From Bacteroidia bacterium (lineage in GTDB: Bacteria; Bacteroidota; Bacteroidia; M30B66), in assembly GCA_965279035.1 (NCBI GenBank), contig OZ257142.1:288001-352000 (forward strand): a DNA stretch of 64,000 nucleotides, in the 5' to 3' direction. Positions 40,553 through 50,850 of this stretch are shown in pieces. The notes beneath the pieces were generated by a model. That model was given only the letters and a program-made list of their open reading frames with translations, was not told the DNA's origin and made no database searches. Position 1 is the first letter of the stretch. Each line of letters begins with the position of its first letter. The translations under genes were made by a program, and so were the position numbers.

Positions 40553-40664
40553 CACCCTCGGACTGAAGTCCGAGGCTACAGGTCACAGATGCTATATTCG
40601 TTAGACATACACTCAAGCACATTGCTGATCTCTAACTTCTGCACCCTCGGACTTCAGTCCGAGG
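40553..40664. repeat. inverted pair of GTAG-type REP palindromes
   Basis: CCTCGGACTGAAGTCCGAGG (40556-40575, followed by CTAC, i.e. GTAG on the minus strand) and its exact reverse complement at 40645-40664. Confidence 0.8.
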
Positions 40665-40702
40665 TTTTGCAATCTCCCCAATCCAGAAGCTAAGGTGATC
40701 CC

Positions 40703-42154
40703 TCAAAAATCCGCCGACTCAAGCAAAATTTTAGCATTCCCATTCGCATCCAATACAATATCAAAATGGGTATCGGCAACAAAAATATCGCGCACTTTAA
40801 AGGTTTTTAGATTGCCTTTTACGGTGAATAGTTTTTTATACGAGGTGCTTTTCAGTCGCTTCGATAGATCGTCGCGAATGCCACCAACTTCTTTATCGAA
40901 TGAGAAATGCATTTGTTGCTGAAGCTGCTTTTGCAAAGTGCCATTGAGAAGCCAACTCGCCGCCTTAACCAATACACTCCGTGAATGAATATCATAATCC
41001 AAGTGGTCGATACTGAATTCATTCGTTTCACTATTATAGGTCGGAATTCCTGATAAAAACAATTCACCCTTTAAGCTACCCGACAATACCAAACGAACGT
41101 ATGCTAAATCGCCTTTGCCGTAAATCTGGATGTCTTCTACTTTAATAGTCTTCTTTTTAAAATGAAACTCTTGTCCCTGAAGCTGTTTTTTAGCAATGGC
41201 CGTTGCAGCATCAAAACCCAATTCGGCTCGAATTTGAATGCTAAAATCTTGTCCTCCTCGACCAGCCATACGTAAATCTGGCAATGGATTATTTTGAGGA
41301 GAATCAGGCTTGCGTCCGGTAAATGTTTCCAAATAGGTTTCGAGTGCAAGCAAAATATTGAGCGAATTGGCATCTCCAGTTATCGGTGCTAATAGCAAAG
41401 CTTTGGGTTCTGCGCGTAGCCATGTTTGTGTAGAATCGTCTAGTAATAACGGTTCTTGAGCCACTTTCCACAGCGCTTCCACTTGGTCATGCAAATCGAA
41501 CGCGCCATTCACATTTTTGTCAATTTCTTTACTTACCGACTGCAATTGTTCGTCAATCACGCTTTCCAGCAATCGTCCAATTGGAATGTTGATCGGTCCA
41601 ATGGAAACTCTCGGTTGACTTTTCCACTCAAATCCATCCGATGCCGAGCTCATCCGAAACTGATAGTTTTTGAGTATTTCCACTTTCGAGCGCAGATATA
41701 CTTCCACATCGAAAATGGTTTGCTTTTCCACTTCGGGACAAAATGAACAAGGATCGAATCGACCTTGCGCCCAAATTTTTAGCGGAATGGTGAATTTTAA
41801 CTCATTTCCAACTGCCGTAATTCCAATGTGGCTGTTTTGATACACCCGAATTTTTACATCATCAACCGTAGGGCGAGTATAGCTATCATCATCGTAAATC
41901 ACTCCTTTAAACTGCGTATTGATTTTATTTTCAATGAGCTTCAGTGGAATTTCTAGGGGAATGCTTACAGTTGAAATTGCACGCGTATATACCTTGCGCG
42001 AAGCTTCATACGTAGGCATTTCGGGCTTTATCGTTTTGCATGATGAACAAGCAATCAATACCAAAAGCAACAGGATCGGGCGAATCAAAGAGTCGTTTTT
42101 CACAAGAATGCGCAAAGGTATTCTGAGTCGGCTTATCAAGGTTAAATCGTTCAA
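40703..42154 (-). CDS. DUF4403-like lipoprotein
   Basis: Lipobox ACSSC (true start probably downstream of 42154); beta-rich, with LWKVAQEPLLL..WLRAEP and GSLKGELFLSGIPTYN patterns. Confidence 0.65.
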   Translation of the reverse strand: MNDLTLISRLRIPLRILVKNDSLIRPILLLLVLIACSSCKTIKPEMPTYEASRKVYTRAISTVSIPLEIPLKLIENKINTQFKGVIYDDDSYTRPTVDDVKIRVYQNSHIGITAVGNELKFTIPLKIWAQGRFDPCSFCPEVEKQTIFDVEVYLRSKVEILKNYQFRMSSASDGFEWKSQPRVSIGPINIPIGRLLESVIDEQLQSVSKEIDKNVNGAFDLHDQVEALWKVAQEPLLLDDSTQTWLRAEPKALLLAPITGDANSLNILLALETYLETFTGRKPDSPQNNPLPDLRMAGRGGQDFSIQIRAELGFDAATAIAKKQLQGQEFHFKKKTIKVEDIQIYGKGDLAYVRLVLSGSLKGELFLSGIPTYNSETNEFSIDHLDYDIHSRSVLVKAASWLLNGTLQKQLQQQMHFSFDKEVGGIRDDLSKRLKSTSYKKLFTVKGNLKTFKVRDIFVADTHFDIVLDANGNAKILLESADF

Positions 42155-42206
42155 AATTTAAATGGACTTCTGTTGAATGGGCAATTCGGGCGCTTTTCTT
42201 TGCCTC

Positions 42207-42737
42207 ATGGATCACCTTAACGCACTCGATTACCTGATTCTTGCTTTTCTCCTTTGGGGTTTTATTGCTGGCTTTCGTCGAGGCTTAATCATGGAACTAT
42301 GCACCTTGGCTGGACTTTTTCTTGGAATTTGGTTGGCGATTCACTTTTCTGGAGCCGCCGAAACCTGGATGAAGACTTCTCAGAAAATGGAGGGGAATTG
42401 GATTTCGTTTGTTGCTTTTTTATTGGTATTTGTTGGAGTTTACATTGGATTCTATTTTCTCGGAAAAGCCTTATCCAAAGCGGTAAGCCTTCTCATGCTT
42501 GGAATAATGAACCGCATTGCCGGAGGAATTTTCGGTATGATTAAAATGATGATGTTCTCAAGCATTCTTGTTTTAATCCTCAAAATGGGAGGCATTCCGC
42601 TTCTTTCAGAAGAACTCGAAAAAGGCTCAGCCATATTCAAACCGGTTAGCGCCTTTGCCGAATTGGTGTATCCATCCATTCAAGACATTTTACCCAAAAA
42701 AGAAAAATCGCCCACAGAACAATTATTGGAATCTTGA
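42207..42737 (+). CDS. cvpA: CvpA family membrane protein
   Basis: LDYLIL..GFRRGLIMEL, MNRIAGGIFG. Confidence 0.85.
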   Translation: MDHLNALDYLILAFLLWGFIAGFRRGLIMELCTLAGLFLGIWLAIHFSGAAETWMKTSQKMEGNWISFVAFLLVFVGVYIGFYFLGKALSKAVSLLMLGIMNRIAGGIFGMIKMMMFSSILVLILKMGGIPLLSEELEKGSAIFKPVSAFAELVYPSIQDILPKKEKSPTEQLLES

Positions 42738-42790
42738 ACAAGCAGAAATACTAGCTGTTTATAGCTAAATTTGCCCCTCAATTTTCCTAC

Positions 42791-43879
42791 ATGATTACCA
42801 AAGAACAAGTACTCGAAGCGCTTAGCAATGTGATGGAACCGGATCTTAAAAAAGATTTGGTAACGCTCAACATGATTCAAGATGTTGCGATTGATGGAAA
42901 AAAAGTGTCTTTCACCGTCGTTCTTACCACTCCAGCTTGTCCGCTCAAAGAACTCATCCACAATGCTTGCGTCAATGCCATCAAGCACTTGATTGATATG
43001 GACGCAGAAGTAACGGTTAACATGACCGCCAATGTTACCAGCAAACGAGGCGAAGAACGTCCTTTGTTACCCAAAGTGAAAAACATCATTGCTGTTGCCT
43101 CTGGAAAAGGTGGCGTTGGAAAGTCAACTGTAGCAGCCAATCTAGCTGTTTCACTTGCCGATTTGGGTGCTCGTGTTGGATTAGTTGATGCCGATATTTA
43201 TGGTCCATCCATTCCGATCATGTTCGATGTAGTGGATGAAAAACCCATGGTCCGTATGGTAGATGGACAACAGATGATGGTTCCTGTGGAAAGCTATGGA
43301 ATCAAATTGTTGTCGATCGGTTTCTTTGCAGATACAACTCAAGCGATTGTTTGGCGTGGGCCGATGGCATCCAAAGCGCTTACCCAACTTTTTCGTGATG
43401 CTGATTGGGGCGAACTCGATTACTTAATCATCGACCTTCCTCCCGGAACTGGCGATATTCACCTCACACTTGTAAGTGGCATTCCGCTTACTGGGGCGGT
43501 AATCGTTAGCACACCTCAACGTGTTGCTTTGGCTGATGCAGAAAAGGGAATTTCGATGTTCCAACTTCCGAATATCAATGTTCCTGTTTTGGGTGTTGTC
43601 GAAAACATGTCCTATTTCACTCCCGAAGAACTTCCCGAAAACAAATATTACATCTTCGGAAAAGACGGTGCAAAAGACTTAGCTGAAAAATTGGGTGTTC
43701 CACTTCTAGGACAAATTCCATTGGTACAAAGCATCCGTGAAGCAGGAGATAGTGGTCGCCCAGCTGGATTGCAGGAAAACACACCTGTGGCAAATGCCTT
43801 CCTTGAATTGGCGAAAAATGTAGCTCAACAAGTAGCTATTCGAAATGCTGAAGTTGCCAGGGAAACGGTATCTCAATAA
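42791..43879 (+). CDS. mrp: Mrp/NBP35 Fe-S cluster carrier ATPase
   Basis: N-terminal DUF59-like domain (TTPACP), VASGKGGVGKST, DADIYGPS, DLPPGTGD, VENMS. Confidence 0.93.
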   Translation: MITKEQVLEALSNVMEPDLKKDLVTLNMIQDVAIDGKKVSFTVVLTTPACPLKELIHNACVNAIKHLIDMDAEVTVNMTANVTSKRGEERPLLPKVKNIIAVASGKGGVGKSTVAANLAVSLADLGARVGLVDADIYGPSIPIMFDVVDEKPMVRMVDGQQMMVPVESYGIKLLSIGFFADTTQAIVWRGPMASKALTQLFRDADWGELDYLIIDLPPGTGDIHLTLVSGIPLTGAVIVSTPQRVALADAEKGISMFQLPNINVPVLGVVENMSYFTPEELPENKYYIFGKDGAKDLAEKLGVPLLGQIPLVQSIREAGDSGRPAGLQENTPVANAFLELAKNVAQQVAIRNAEVARETVSQ

Positions 43880-43909
43880 TTGTATATTTGAAATCATACG
43901 GAATCAACC

Positions 43910-44176
43910 ATGCAACCAGAAGAAAAAACGGCATTGATGAATAAAGTGGAATTGGCAATCGATTCCATTCGTCCATACTTAGAAGCCGATGGTGGAAATA
44001 TTACTGTAGATGAAATCACCGACGATTTGGTTGTGATGGTTCGTCTTCACGGTGCATGCAGCTCTTGTTCAATGAGCACTATGACTCTCAAAGCTGGAGT
44101 AACCGAAGCCATCCGCCACGCCGTTCCCGAAATACGTGATGTTGTTGCGGTGAATATGCCAGAAGTCGCTTACTAA
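43910..44176 (+). CDS. NifU C-terminal-type Fe-S carrier
   Basis: IRPYLEADGG, GACSSC. Confidence 0.92.
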   Translation: MQPEEKTALMNKVELAIDSIRPYLEADGGNITVDEITDDLVVMVRLHGACSSCSMSTMTLKAGVTEAIRHAVPEIRDVVAVNMPEVAY

Positions 44177-44188
44177 AACCATCTAAAT

Positions 44189-45415
44189 ATGAAAATATCT
44201 TTACACATTTCTCGAGTATCTTTTCTACTCGGGCTAAGTTTACTTTCCTTTACATCAAATGCTCAATACGATTGTAACAATGACCGTTTTCTCCAGGAAG
44301 TGTTCACAAACGTTACATTAACATCGGATGTTGAATATGGCAATGCCCTTTCATACAGCGGAACTGCCACAAGTTTAAAGATGGATGTGTATCAACCAAC
44401 GGGCGATGTTTTTACAGAAAGACCATTGATCGTTTTTGCTCACGGTGGCTCGTTTATTTTTGGAGATAAAGCGAGTTCTGATATGGCTACGCTTTGTAAT
44501 AAATACACCAAATTGGGCTATGTATGCGCTTCGATCAACTACCGATTGGGCTATGAAAATCTAATTCCTAACGCAACTACAGCAACCGAAACGGTGTATC
44601 GTGCAACATCCGATATGCGCGCTGCCATTCGTTTTTTCAGAAAAGATCGCGCAACAAGCAATCTATATAAAATAGATACGACAAACATTTTTGCAACAGG
44701 CGTTTCTGCTGGAGCATTTATGGTTTTGCACATGGCATACTTAGATCAACTTGAAGAAATTCCTACAGCAGTTGATCCTGTTGCTTTTGGTGGAATTGAA
44801 GGTTTGAGCGGAAATGATGGGTATTCTTCTAAAGTCAAAGCCATCGTAAACTTATGTGGTGCACTTGGCGATACTGCTTGGATTCATGCTGGCGACACTC
44901 CTTGCTTATCCATGCACGGAACCAATGATGATGTTGTTCCCTATGGATCAGCTGTGATTAGTGTGCTTGGCGTTTCCTTATTCGAAGTAGATGGAAGTCA
45001 TTCTGTTGCTGCACGCCAAAATCATGTTGGTGTTGCGAATGAATTCTACACTTGGCCAGGTCAAGCTCACGTTCCATTCGTGAATTCAACGGTTTACATG
45101 GATTCCGTTTTTATGGCCATGACGCCATTTCTCGCCAATCAACTTGGTTGCGAAGTACCTAATGCAATTGCGAATGTGAATTCAATTCCTCAACCAAGCA
45201 TTTATCCAAACCCGGCTAACGAAACCATCAGCATAAACTGTTCAGCCCCTATGGATCAAGTACAAATTTTAAATCTTCAGGGAAAACTCCTTCGTTCATT
45301 TAACACAAACGGTTTAACATGTAATTTCTCTATAGCTGAACTTCCATCAGGAATGTACTTTATTCGCATTCGATCGAATTCATCGTGGCAAACAAGTAAA
45401 CTCTTAAAGAACTAA
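44189..45415 (+). CDS. secreted alpha/beta-hydrolase (esterase) with T9SS type A CTD
   Basis: HGGSF, GVSAG nucleophile, HGTNDDVVP, CTD IYPNPA...GMYFIRI. Confidence 0.88.
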   Translation: MKISLHISRVSFLLGLSLLSFTSNAQYDCNNDRFLQEVFTNVTLTSDVEYGNALSYSGTATSLKMDVYQPTGDVFTERPLIVFAHGGSFIFGDKASSDMATLCNKYTKLGYVCASINYRLGYENLIPNATTATETVYRATSDMRAAIRFFRKDRATSNLYKIDTTNIFATGVSAGAFMVLHMAYLDQLEEIPTAVDPVAFGGIEGLSGNDGYSSKVKAIVNLCGALGDTAWIHAGDTPCLSMHGTNDDVVPYGSAVISVLGVSLFEVDGSHSVAARQNHVGVANEFYTWPGQAHVPFVNSTVYMDSVFMAMTPFLANQLGCEVPNAIANVNSIPQPSIYPNPANETISINCSAPMDQVQILNLQGKLLRSFNTNGLTCNFSIAELPSGMYFIRIRSNSSWQTSKLLKN

Positions 45416-45417
45416 AT

Positions 45418-45456
45418 AAAAAAAGCCCTGAACTCATCTGAATTCAGGGCTTTTTT
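45418..45456. terminator. bidirectional intrinsic terminator
   Basis: A7-GCCCTGAA-loop-TTCAGGGC-T6 between convergent genes. Confidence 0.88.
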
Positions 45457-45471
45457 ATGTTTTGTATTCGA

Positions 45472-46554
45472 TTACTTTCCGGGTTTTCGTGCTGTTTGAG
45501 CTTGGTCAACCTGAAATTCCAAAATGGTTTTAGATTTAATCAACTTAGCTGGCTCAGCTGCTTTAACCGTTTGGTTTTCTACCAAATTGCCAAAATCATC
45601 AAAGGTCCAAGTGTGCGTTTCTGTCAATTCTCCTGTAGCCGAATAAACCAATTCTTTCGTCTTTTCTCCGAATTTATTAAAGATCAATAAACGACTTCCT
45701 GCTTTTTCCACTTTCTTTTCTGGACAAGAGCACAGCTTAAATTCTACACTGCTTATTGAACTGTCGGTATAGGAAAGCTCATTTCGGTAAATCTCTTGCT
45801 GCTCTTCGTTAAAGCCTGTTTGTTTAATTACTTTATAATCATTGTCGAGTTGATACTTGTAGTAAATCCAACTCAGCATTTTGCGTTTTTCTTTATTGTT
45901 ATAAACGGTGCGTTGAAGCACTAATCCATCATTATCGTATTCACTTATCGTCATGGATGCATTCTGAGGAACACGTGCACCAGCTGAATCAATTTGATAC
46001 CGACAATGTTGAGTTTCTTTTCCTGATGCATTGTATTCGTTGTCGTAAACTTCTTTACGAATCAGTTTGTCGCCACGAAAAACTTGCTCTTCTTTCAATT
46101 GTCCTGTGGCATTATAAACGAAAGTAACACTGTTAATTAACGAATCGGTTTTGGTGAGAATGTCCTTTTTTACTGCTTTACCGTTAACATCAAATTGAGT
46201 TACTTCTTTGATATTTTTACCAATATACTTGAGCTCAGTCTTTGTTAGTTTTCCTGTAGCATCGTATGTATAGCGCAAATCACCACTTTTATTTCCATCT
46301 TCCGAAAACAAACCGCTCGACTTAACATTGCCTTTTGGGTCAACCAAATCTTGTTGTTTTAGGTATTCTCTTCCGCTTATTTCTCCTACACCAAAAATAT
46401 AACGCGTTTTAAGCGGTGGGGCTTGACGATGATCTTGCTTTTTAAAAAGCTTACCAGGATTATCGAGCACAAAACCATCTTGGGCATTCGCCGAAACGAC
46501 TATCAAAGTCGCAACCAGAAAGGCAGACAGATTATTTAGGTTGATGTTTTTCAT
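45472..46554 (-). CDS. exported hypothetical protein with YD-like beta-hairpin repeats
   Basis: Signal peptide; YTYDATGKL, FVYNATGQL, EYDNDGLV, FDDFGNL. Confidence 0.65.
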   Translation of the reverse strand: MKNINLNNLSAFLVATLIVVSANAQDGFVLDNPGKLFKKQDHRQAPPLKTRYIFGVGEISGREYLKQQDLVDPKGNVKSSGLFSEDGNKSGDLRYTYDATGKLTKTELKYIGKNIKEVTQFDVNGKAVKKDILTKTDSLINSVTFVYNATGQLKEEQVFRGDKLIRKEVYDNEYNASGKETQHCRYQIDSAGARVPQNASMTISEYDNDGLVLQRTVYNNKEKRKMLSWIYYKYQLDNDYKVIKQTGFNEEQQEIYRNELSYTDSSISSVEFKLCSCPEKKVEKAGSRLLIFNKFGEKTKELVYSATGELTETHTWTFDDFGNLVENQTVKAAEPAKLIKSKTILEFQVDQAQTARKPGK

Positions 46555-46707
46555 ACGCGTAGGGCGTTTTTGACAGAACTAAACTAATTCCTATTTTCGT
46601 GTGAAGCAAGTAATTAACAAAGTTTTCAACAGGCATACGGATAAATTTACTGAGGGGTTACATTTTGGAGTAGATTCGAAATGCTATATTTACCGCAGTA
46701 AACAGCA

Positions 46708-47109
46708 ATGATTAAAGACATTCACACCCCAGAAGTTACTGATATTGCCATAGCAATTGTTCGTGAAGAAGGGGAAAATGGAGATGTTTGGAATGTGTAT
46801 CTGTTAAATTTAAAAGATGTTCAAATTGAGAGCGTTCTTATAAGTTCAACTGGATATGGATTTATAAATGAAGAGTCTGTAAAAACATCTGTTCTGCGGC
46901 ATTATATTGAAGCGGTAGAGCCAATGAGTTTTGTGAAGATTGAACCCATCATTGAAGATGTATTCATATTGAACAATGAGTTTTGGGTGAGTTTTTATAT
47001 CGATAAAGTAATTCACGATAAGAAGTTTATTTTCTTACCAGGTACTATCAATGAGGAATTTTTTACTTCCGTTCCTCTACTATTTAAAAAAGGCGTGATG
47101 ATCCGTTAA
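46708..47109 (+). CDS. conserved hypothetical protein
   Basis: Clean ORF; WNVYLLN, GYG, KTSVLRH, LNNEFWVSF pattern recognised from Bacteroidota hypotheticals. Confidence 0.7.
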   Translation: MIKDIHTPEVTDIAIAIVREEGENGDVWNVYLLNLKDVQIESVLISSTGYGFINEESVKTSVLRHYIEAVEPMSFVKIEPIIEDVFILNNEFWVSFYIDKVIHDKKFIFLPGTINEEFFTSVPLLFKKGVMIR

Positions 47110-47144
47110 AGGACATCATTTACATTCTGTTATTTATTTATCTT

Positions 47145-47870
47145 ATGCTAAGAGAAACTCCTCTAACGGATATCCTCTTTTTGGATATCGAAACAATTCC
47201 TGCTTATCCCAATTGGGCTCAAGCTCCTGAAGTTGAACAAGAACTTTGGAAACGAAAGTCTTCTAGTCTCTTTCGAAACGAAGAGCGAAGTCCGGAAGAT
47301 TCTTACGAACGTGCTGGTATATACGCAGAATTTGGAAAAGTAATTTGTATCTCCTGCGGACGATTTCGAAATGGTCCACAAAATGAACCCGCTCGTTTAG
47401 AAATTCGAAGTTTTATAGCTGACTCCGAAAGTAATTTACTCAACAACTTCATACGACATATTCAAAAATCGTCTTCGCGTCCTTTACGACTTTGCGCTCA
47501 CAATGGGAAAGAATTTGACTTTCCTTATCTGTCTCGTCGTTTACTCATTAATAATATTGAATTACCTCGCTTACTTGATAATGCAGGAAAAAAACCATGG
47601 GAAATCCCTCATTTCGATACACTCGAATTATGGAAGTTCGGTGATTACAAACATTACACTTCCCTCGAAACACTTGCCCATGTTTTCGGAATTCCATCTC
47701 CCAAAACAGATATGAATGGAGCTGATGTGGCAAATGCATGGTATCAAGATGGTGCTATAGAAAGAATTAGGAACTATTGTGAGCAGGATGTTGTAACACT
47801 TACTCATGTTTTCTTAAAAATGAGGCAGAAAAATTCATCTCCTTCTATAATCGTTGAATACTGCCGATAA
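47145..47870 (+). CDS. PolB-like 3'-5' exonuclease (DEDDy)
   Basis: LDIET, HNGKEFDFPYL, YCEQDV. Confidence 0.88.
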   Translation: MLRETPLTDILFLDIETIPAYPNWAQAPEVEQELWKRKSSSLFRNEERSPEDSYERAGIYAEFGKVICISCGRFRNGPQNEPARLEIRSFIADSESNLLNNFIRHIQKSSSRPLRLCAHNGKEFDFPYLSRRLLINNIELPRLLDNAGKKPWEIPHFDTLELWKFGDYKHYTSLETLAHVFGIPSPKTDMNGADVANAWYQDGAIERIRNYCEQDVVTLTHVFLKMRQKNSSPSIIVEYCR

Positions 47871-47922
47871 AGCCTTTCCGTTCAAGATTGGATTTGTGCT
47901 AACTTGCAGGTCTCTTTCGACT

Positions 47923-48462
47923 ATGTCTACTCCGCTTAAATTTTCCGCAATTCTACTTCTCATCGTTGTTTCATCATGCCGTGGTAAGCTTGATAAACAT
48001 GGTGAAGTTTTCGCCGAAATGATGAAAAATGAAGATGGTCTTTTTAGAGGAGTGAATATTGGCGACGATCTTGATCAAGTGCAACGTGCCGAAGGAATCG
48101 CTCCTACCGACTTTAGCGAAACTCTTTATTCATACGAAGGAACTGTTGGCCAATCGGGTAGCTATGTTGTTCGATATGGTTTCGAAAATGGAAAAGTGTA
48201 TGAAATATTAGTTGAAGCAACATTCGATGAAAATGCCGAAGGCTTGAATATGCTAAACGGCTTTCGCGATTATTTCAACGAAGTATATGGTACTTATGAA
48301 AAAGAAGGAGGATACCTCGTTTGGAAAACAAAATCCACTTCTACGAATCCTGATGTAATGATTGAAATGGTGGATGAAAGCGAATTCAGCGACTTTGGTC
48401 AGTTTTCACTTTCTATTTATCACGAACTTCCTACTCAACAAAAAGCGCCTCTAATACAGTGA
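47923..48462 (+). CDS. hypothetical lipoprotein
   Basis: Lipobox VSSC after ATG 47923; overlaps the start of the ABC ATPase gene. Confidence 0.65.
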   Translation: MSTPLKFSAILLLIVVSSCRGKLDKHGEVFAEMMKNEDGLFRGVNIGDDLDQVQRAEGIAPTDFSETLYSYEGTVGQSGSYVVRYGFENGKVYEILVEATFDENAEGLNMLNGFRDYFNEVYGTYEKEGGYLVWKTKSTSTNPDVMIEMVDESEFSDFGQFSLSIYHELPTQQKAPLIQ

Positions 48463-50240
48463 AGCCCGTCGTACTTGACATACGTAACCTAAGTGTTGAG
48501 TTTGATGCCGGGATGGGGAAAACCCTTGCTGTTGATCATATTAGTTTTACTATTAACGAAGGAGAATCACTCGGGCTCGTTGGTGAATCAGGCTCTGGAA
48601 AATCAGTAACTGCAATGTTGCTCATGGGCTTACTGCCGGCAAGCTCTGCAAAGGTATTATCGGGTGAGATTTTGTACACAAACAAATTAGGAGAAACCAA
48701 AGACCTACTTAAACTATCTGAGCAACAAAGACGACTCATTCGAGGGAAAGAACTTGGGATGATCTTTCAAGAACCTTCAACTTCACTGAATCCAGTAATT
48801 TCATGTGGAGAACAAGTCTGCGAATCTTTACGAATCCATCTCCATCTCTCCAATGCTGAAGCAAGAAAACGAACGCTGAATTTGTTTAAAGAAGTTCAGC
48901 TTGATGATCCTAAACGGATGTTTCGCTCTTACCCACATGAACTATCGGGTGGACAAAAACAACGTATCATGATAGCGATGGCTATTGCCTGTAATCCACG
49001 TGTGCTGATTGCCGATGAGCCAACAACAGCGCTGGATGTTACTGTTCAAAAGAACATCTTGATTCTTTTAGAAGAATTGCAGATTCGCTATGAGATGAGT
49101 TTATTATTTATTTCTCATGATTTAGCTGTTCTTGCCGGTTTAGCCGATCGAATTCTGGTTATGCGGCAAGGAAAAATTGTGGAAGAAAACGGTATACGAG
49201 AAGTATTTCTTCATCCACAAAACCCTTACACCAAAGGGCTTTTAGCATGTCGACCATCTTCGCTTGAACGCCCTTTTCGTCTTCCAACAGTTGAGTCTTT
49301 TCTGAAAGCAGCTCATACCGAAAAACTCGGCTCCATTTCAGATTCCATTCGACTTATTAGCACTTCTGAAAGAAAAGCGGAACATCAATTATTGTTTGCT
49401 CAAAAACCCTTGATAAGCATTCAACAAATTTCAACTCATTTTCAAAGTCGTGGTGGTTTATTTCAACTAAAATCGAATACGATACATGCAGTTGAAAACG
49501 TAAGCTTTGATGTTTTTCCAGGAGAAACACTTGGTCTTGTTGGAGAATCGGGCTCTGGGAAAACAACCTTAGGAAGAAGCATTCTTCGTTTAATTGAACC
49601 AAGTTCCGGTAAAGTTTTCTTTAAAGAAAATGAACTTCTTTCGCTAAATCCATCGGAAATGCGAAAAGTGAGGAAGTCCATGCAAATGGTTTTTCAAGAT
49701 CCTTATTCTTCGCTCAACCCAAGAATGACAGCCGGAGAAGCGCTTATTGAACCAATGATTATTCACAATCTGCATCATGATCAACAAACTCGAAAGCAAA
49801 AAGCGCTCGAACTTTTAGATCGTGTTGGATTAATGCCAGATCATTTCAATCGTTTTCCTAACGAATTTTCAGGTGGCCAAAGACAACGAATTTGCATTGC
49901 GCGCGCACTTGCTTCTGAACCCGAATTTATCATTTTCGATGAATCTGTTTCGTCGCTCGATGTTTCTGCTCAAGCAGTTATTCTCAATCTCATCAACGAT
50001 TTGAAAGAAAAATATCGCTTCACCTGTCTATTTATTTCGCACGATTTGAGCGTTGTGAACTATATGGCCGATCGTGTTGTTGTTATGAATCAAGGTCGTG
50101 TGGAAGAAATTGCCGAAGCCGACTCCTTATATGCTAACCCTCAATCCGCTTACACACAAAATCTAATTGCTGCCATTCCTCTTGGTCGCCCTCAGGATAT
50201 CGACCGAGCCATCGAAAACAAACGGCTCAGAAAGAATTAA
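48459..50240 (+). CDS. dual-domain peptide ABC transporter ATP-binding protein
   Basis: Two GESGSGK Walker A motifs, LSGGQKQR and FSGGQRQR signatures, PYTKGLL. Confidence 0.93.
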   Translation: MKPVVLDIRNLSVEFDAGMGKTLAVDHISFTINEGESLGLVGESGSGKSVTAMLLMGLLPASSAKVLSGEILYTNKLGETKDLLKLSEQQRRLIRGKELGMIFQEPSTSLNPVISCGEQVCESLRIHLHLSNAEARKRTLNLFKEVQLDDPKRMFRSYPHELSGGQKQRIMIAMAIACNPRVLIADEPTTALDVTVQKNILILLEELQIRYEMSLLFISHDLAVLAGLADRILVMRQGKIVEENGIREVFLHPQNPYTKGLLACRPSSLERPFRLPTVESFLKAAHTEKLGSISDSIRLISTSERKAEHQLLFAQKPLISIQQISTHFQSRGGLFQLKSNTIHAVENVSFDVFPGETLGLVGESGSGKTTLGRSILRLIEPSSGKVFFKENELLSLNPSEMRKVRKSMQMVFQDPYSSLNPRMTAGEALIEPMIIHNLHHDQQTRKQKALELLDRVGLMPDHFNRFPNEFSGGQRQRICIARALASEPEFIIFDESVSSLDVSAQAVILNLINDLKEKYRFTCLFISHDLSVVNYMADRVVVMNQGRVEEIAEADSLYANPQSAYTQNLIAAIPLGRPQDIDRAIENKRLRKN

Positions 50241-50244
50241 TACA

Positions 50245-50850
50245 ATGGAAATCAGCACCGCAGAATTTGTAATAAGCAACAGCGATGTCGCGCTTTGCCC
50301 AGCTCCTCGTTTACCCGAATATGCATTTATTGGACGATCAAATGTTGGAAAAAGCTCGCTCATAAACATGCTTACCCGAAGAGCGAAACTTGCAAAAACA
50401 TCGTCCCGCCCAGGTAAAACTCAACTCATCAATCACTTTCTTATCAATAAAAACTGGTTTCTTGTCGACCTTCCCGGATATGGTTTTGCTCGTGCTAGTA
50501 AAGAACAAAAAAGCGTTTTCAGCCAAATCATTACCGACTACATTGGCAATCGTACGAATCTGATGAATCTCTTTGTCCTCATCGACATTCGGCTCGAGCC
50601 CCAAAACATTGACCTCAACTTTTTCCGTTGGTTAGGAACCAATGGAATTCCTTTCGTAATGGTTTTCACTAAATCCGATAAACTATCTCACAATCAATTG
50701 CAGTCGAGCATGGCTCGATACAAACGCACGCTTCAGGATGAATGGGAAGTGTTTCCGCCACATTTCGTTACCTCTTCAGAAACTTCACTTGGAAGAGATG
50801 AAATATTGGATTTCATTGCCAATACCAACAAACTTTTCGATGGATATTAA
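50245..50850 (+). CDS. engB: ribosome biogenesis GTPase YihA/YsxC
   Basis: GRSNVGKSS, PGKTQ, DLPGYG, TKSD. Confidence 0.95.
   Translation: MEISTAEFVISNSDVALCPAPRLPEYAFIGRSNVGKSSLINMLTRRAKLAKTSSRPGKTQLINHFLINKNWFLVDLPGYGFARASKEQKSVFSQIITDYIGNRTNLMNLFVLIDIRLEPQNIDLNFFRWLGTNGIPFVMVFTKSDKLSHNQLQSSMARYKRTLQDEWEVFPPHFVTSSETSLGRDEILDFIANTNKLFDGY

Noticed and set aside
40349-40693. 114-aa ORF
   Set aside because: It runs through stacked palindromic repeats and has no recognisable motif.
45472-46554. Rhs polymorphic toxin
   Set aside because: Only 360 aa, with no Rhs core or DPxG motif and no toxin/immunity pair.
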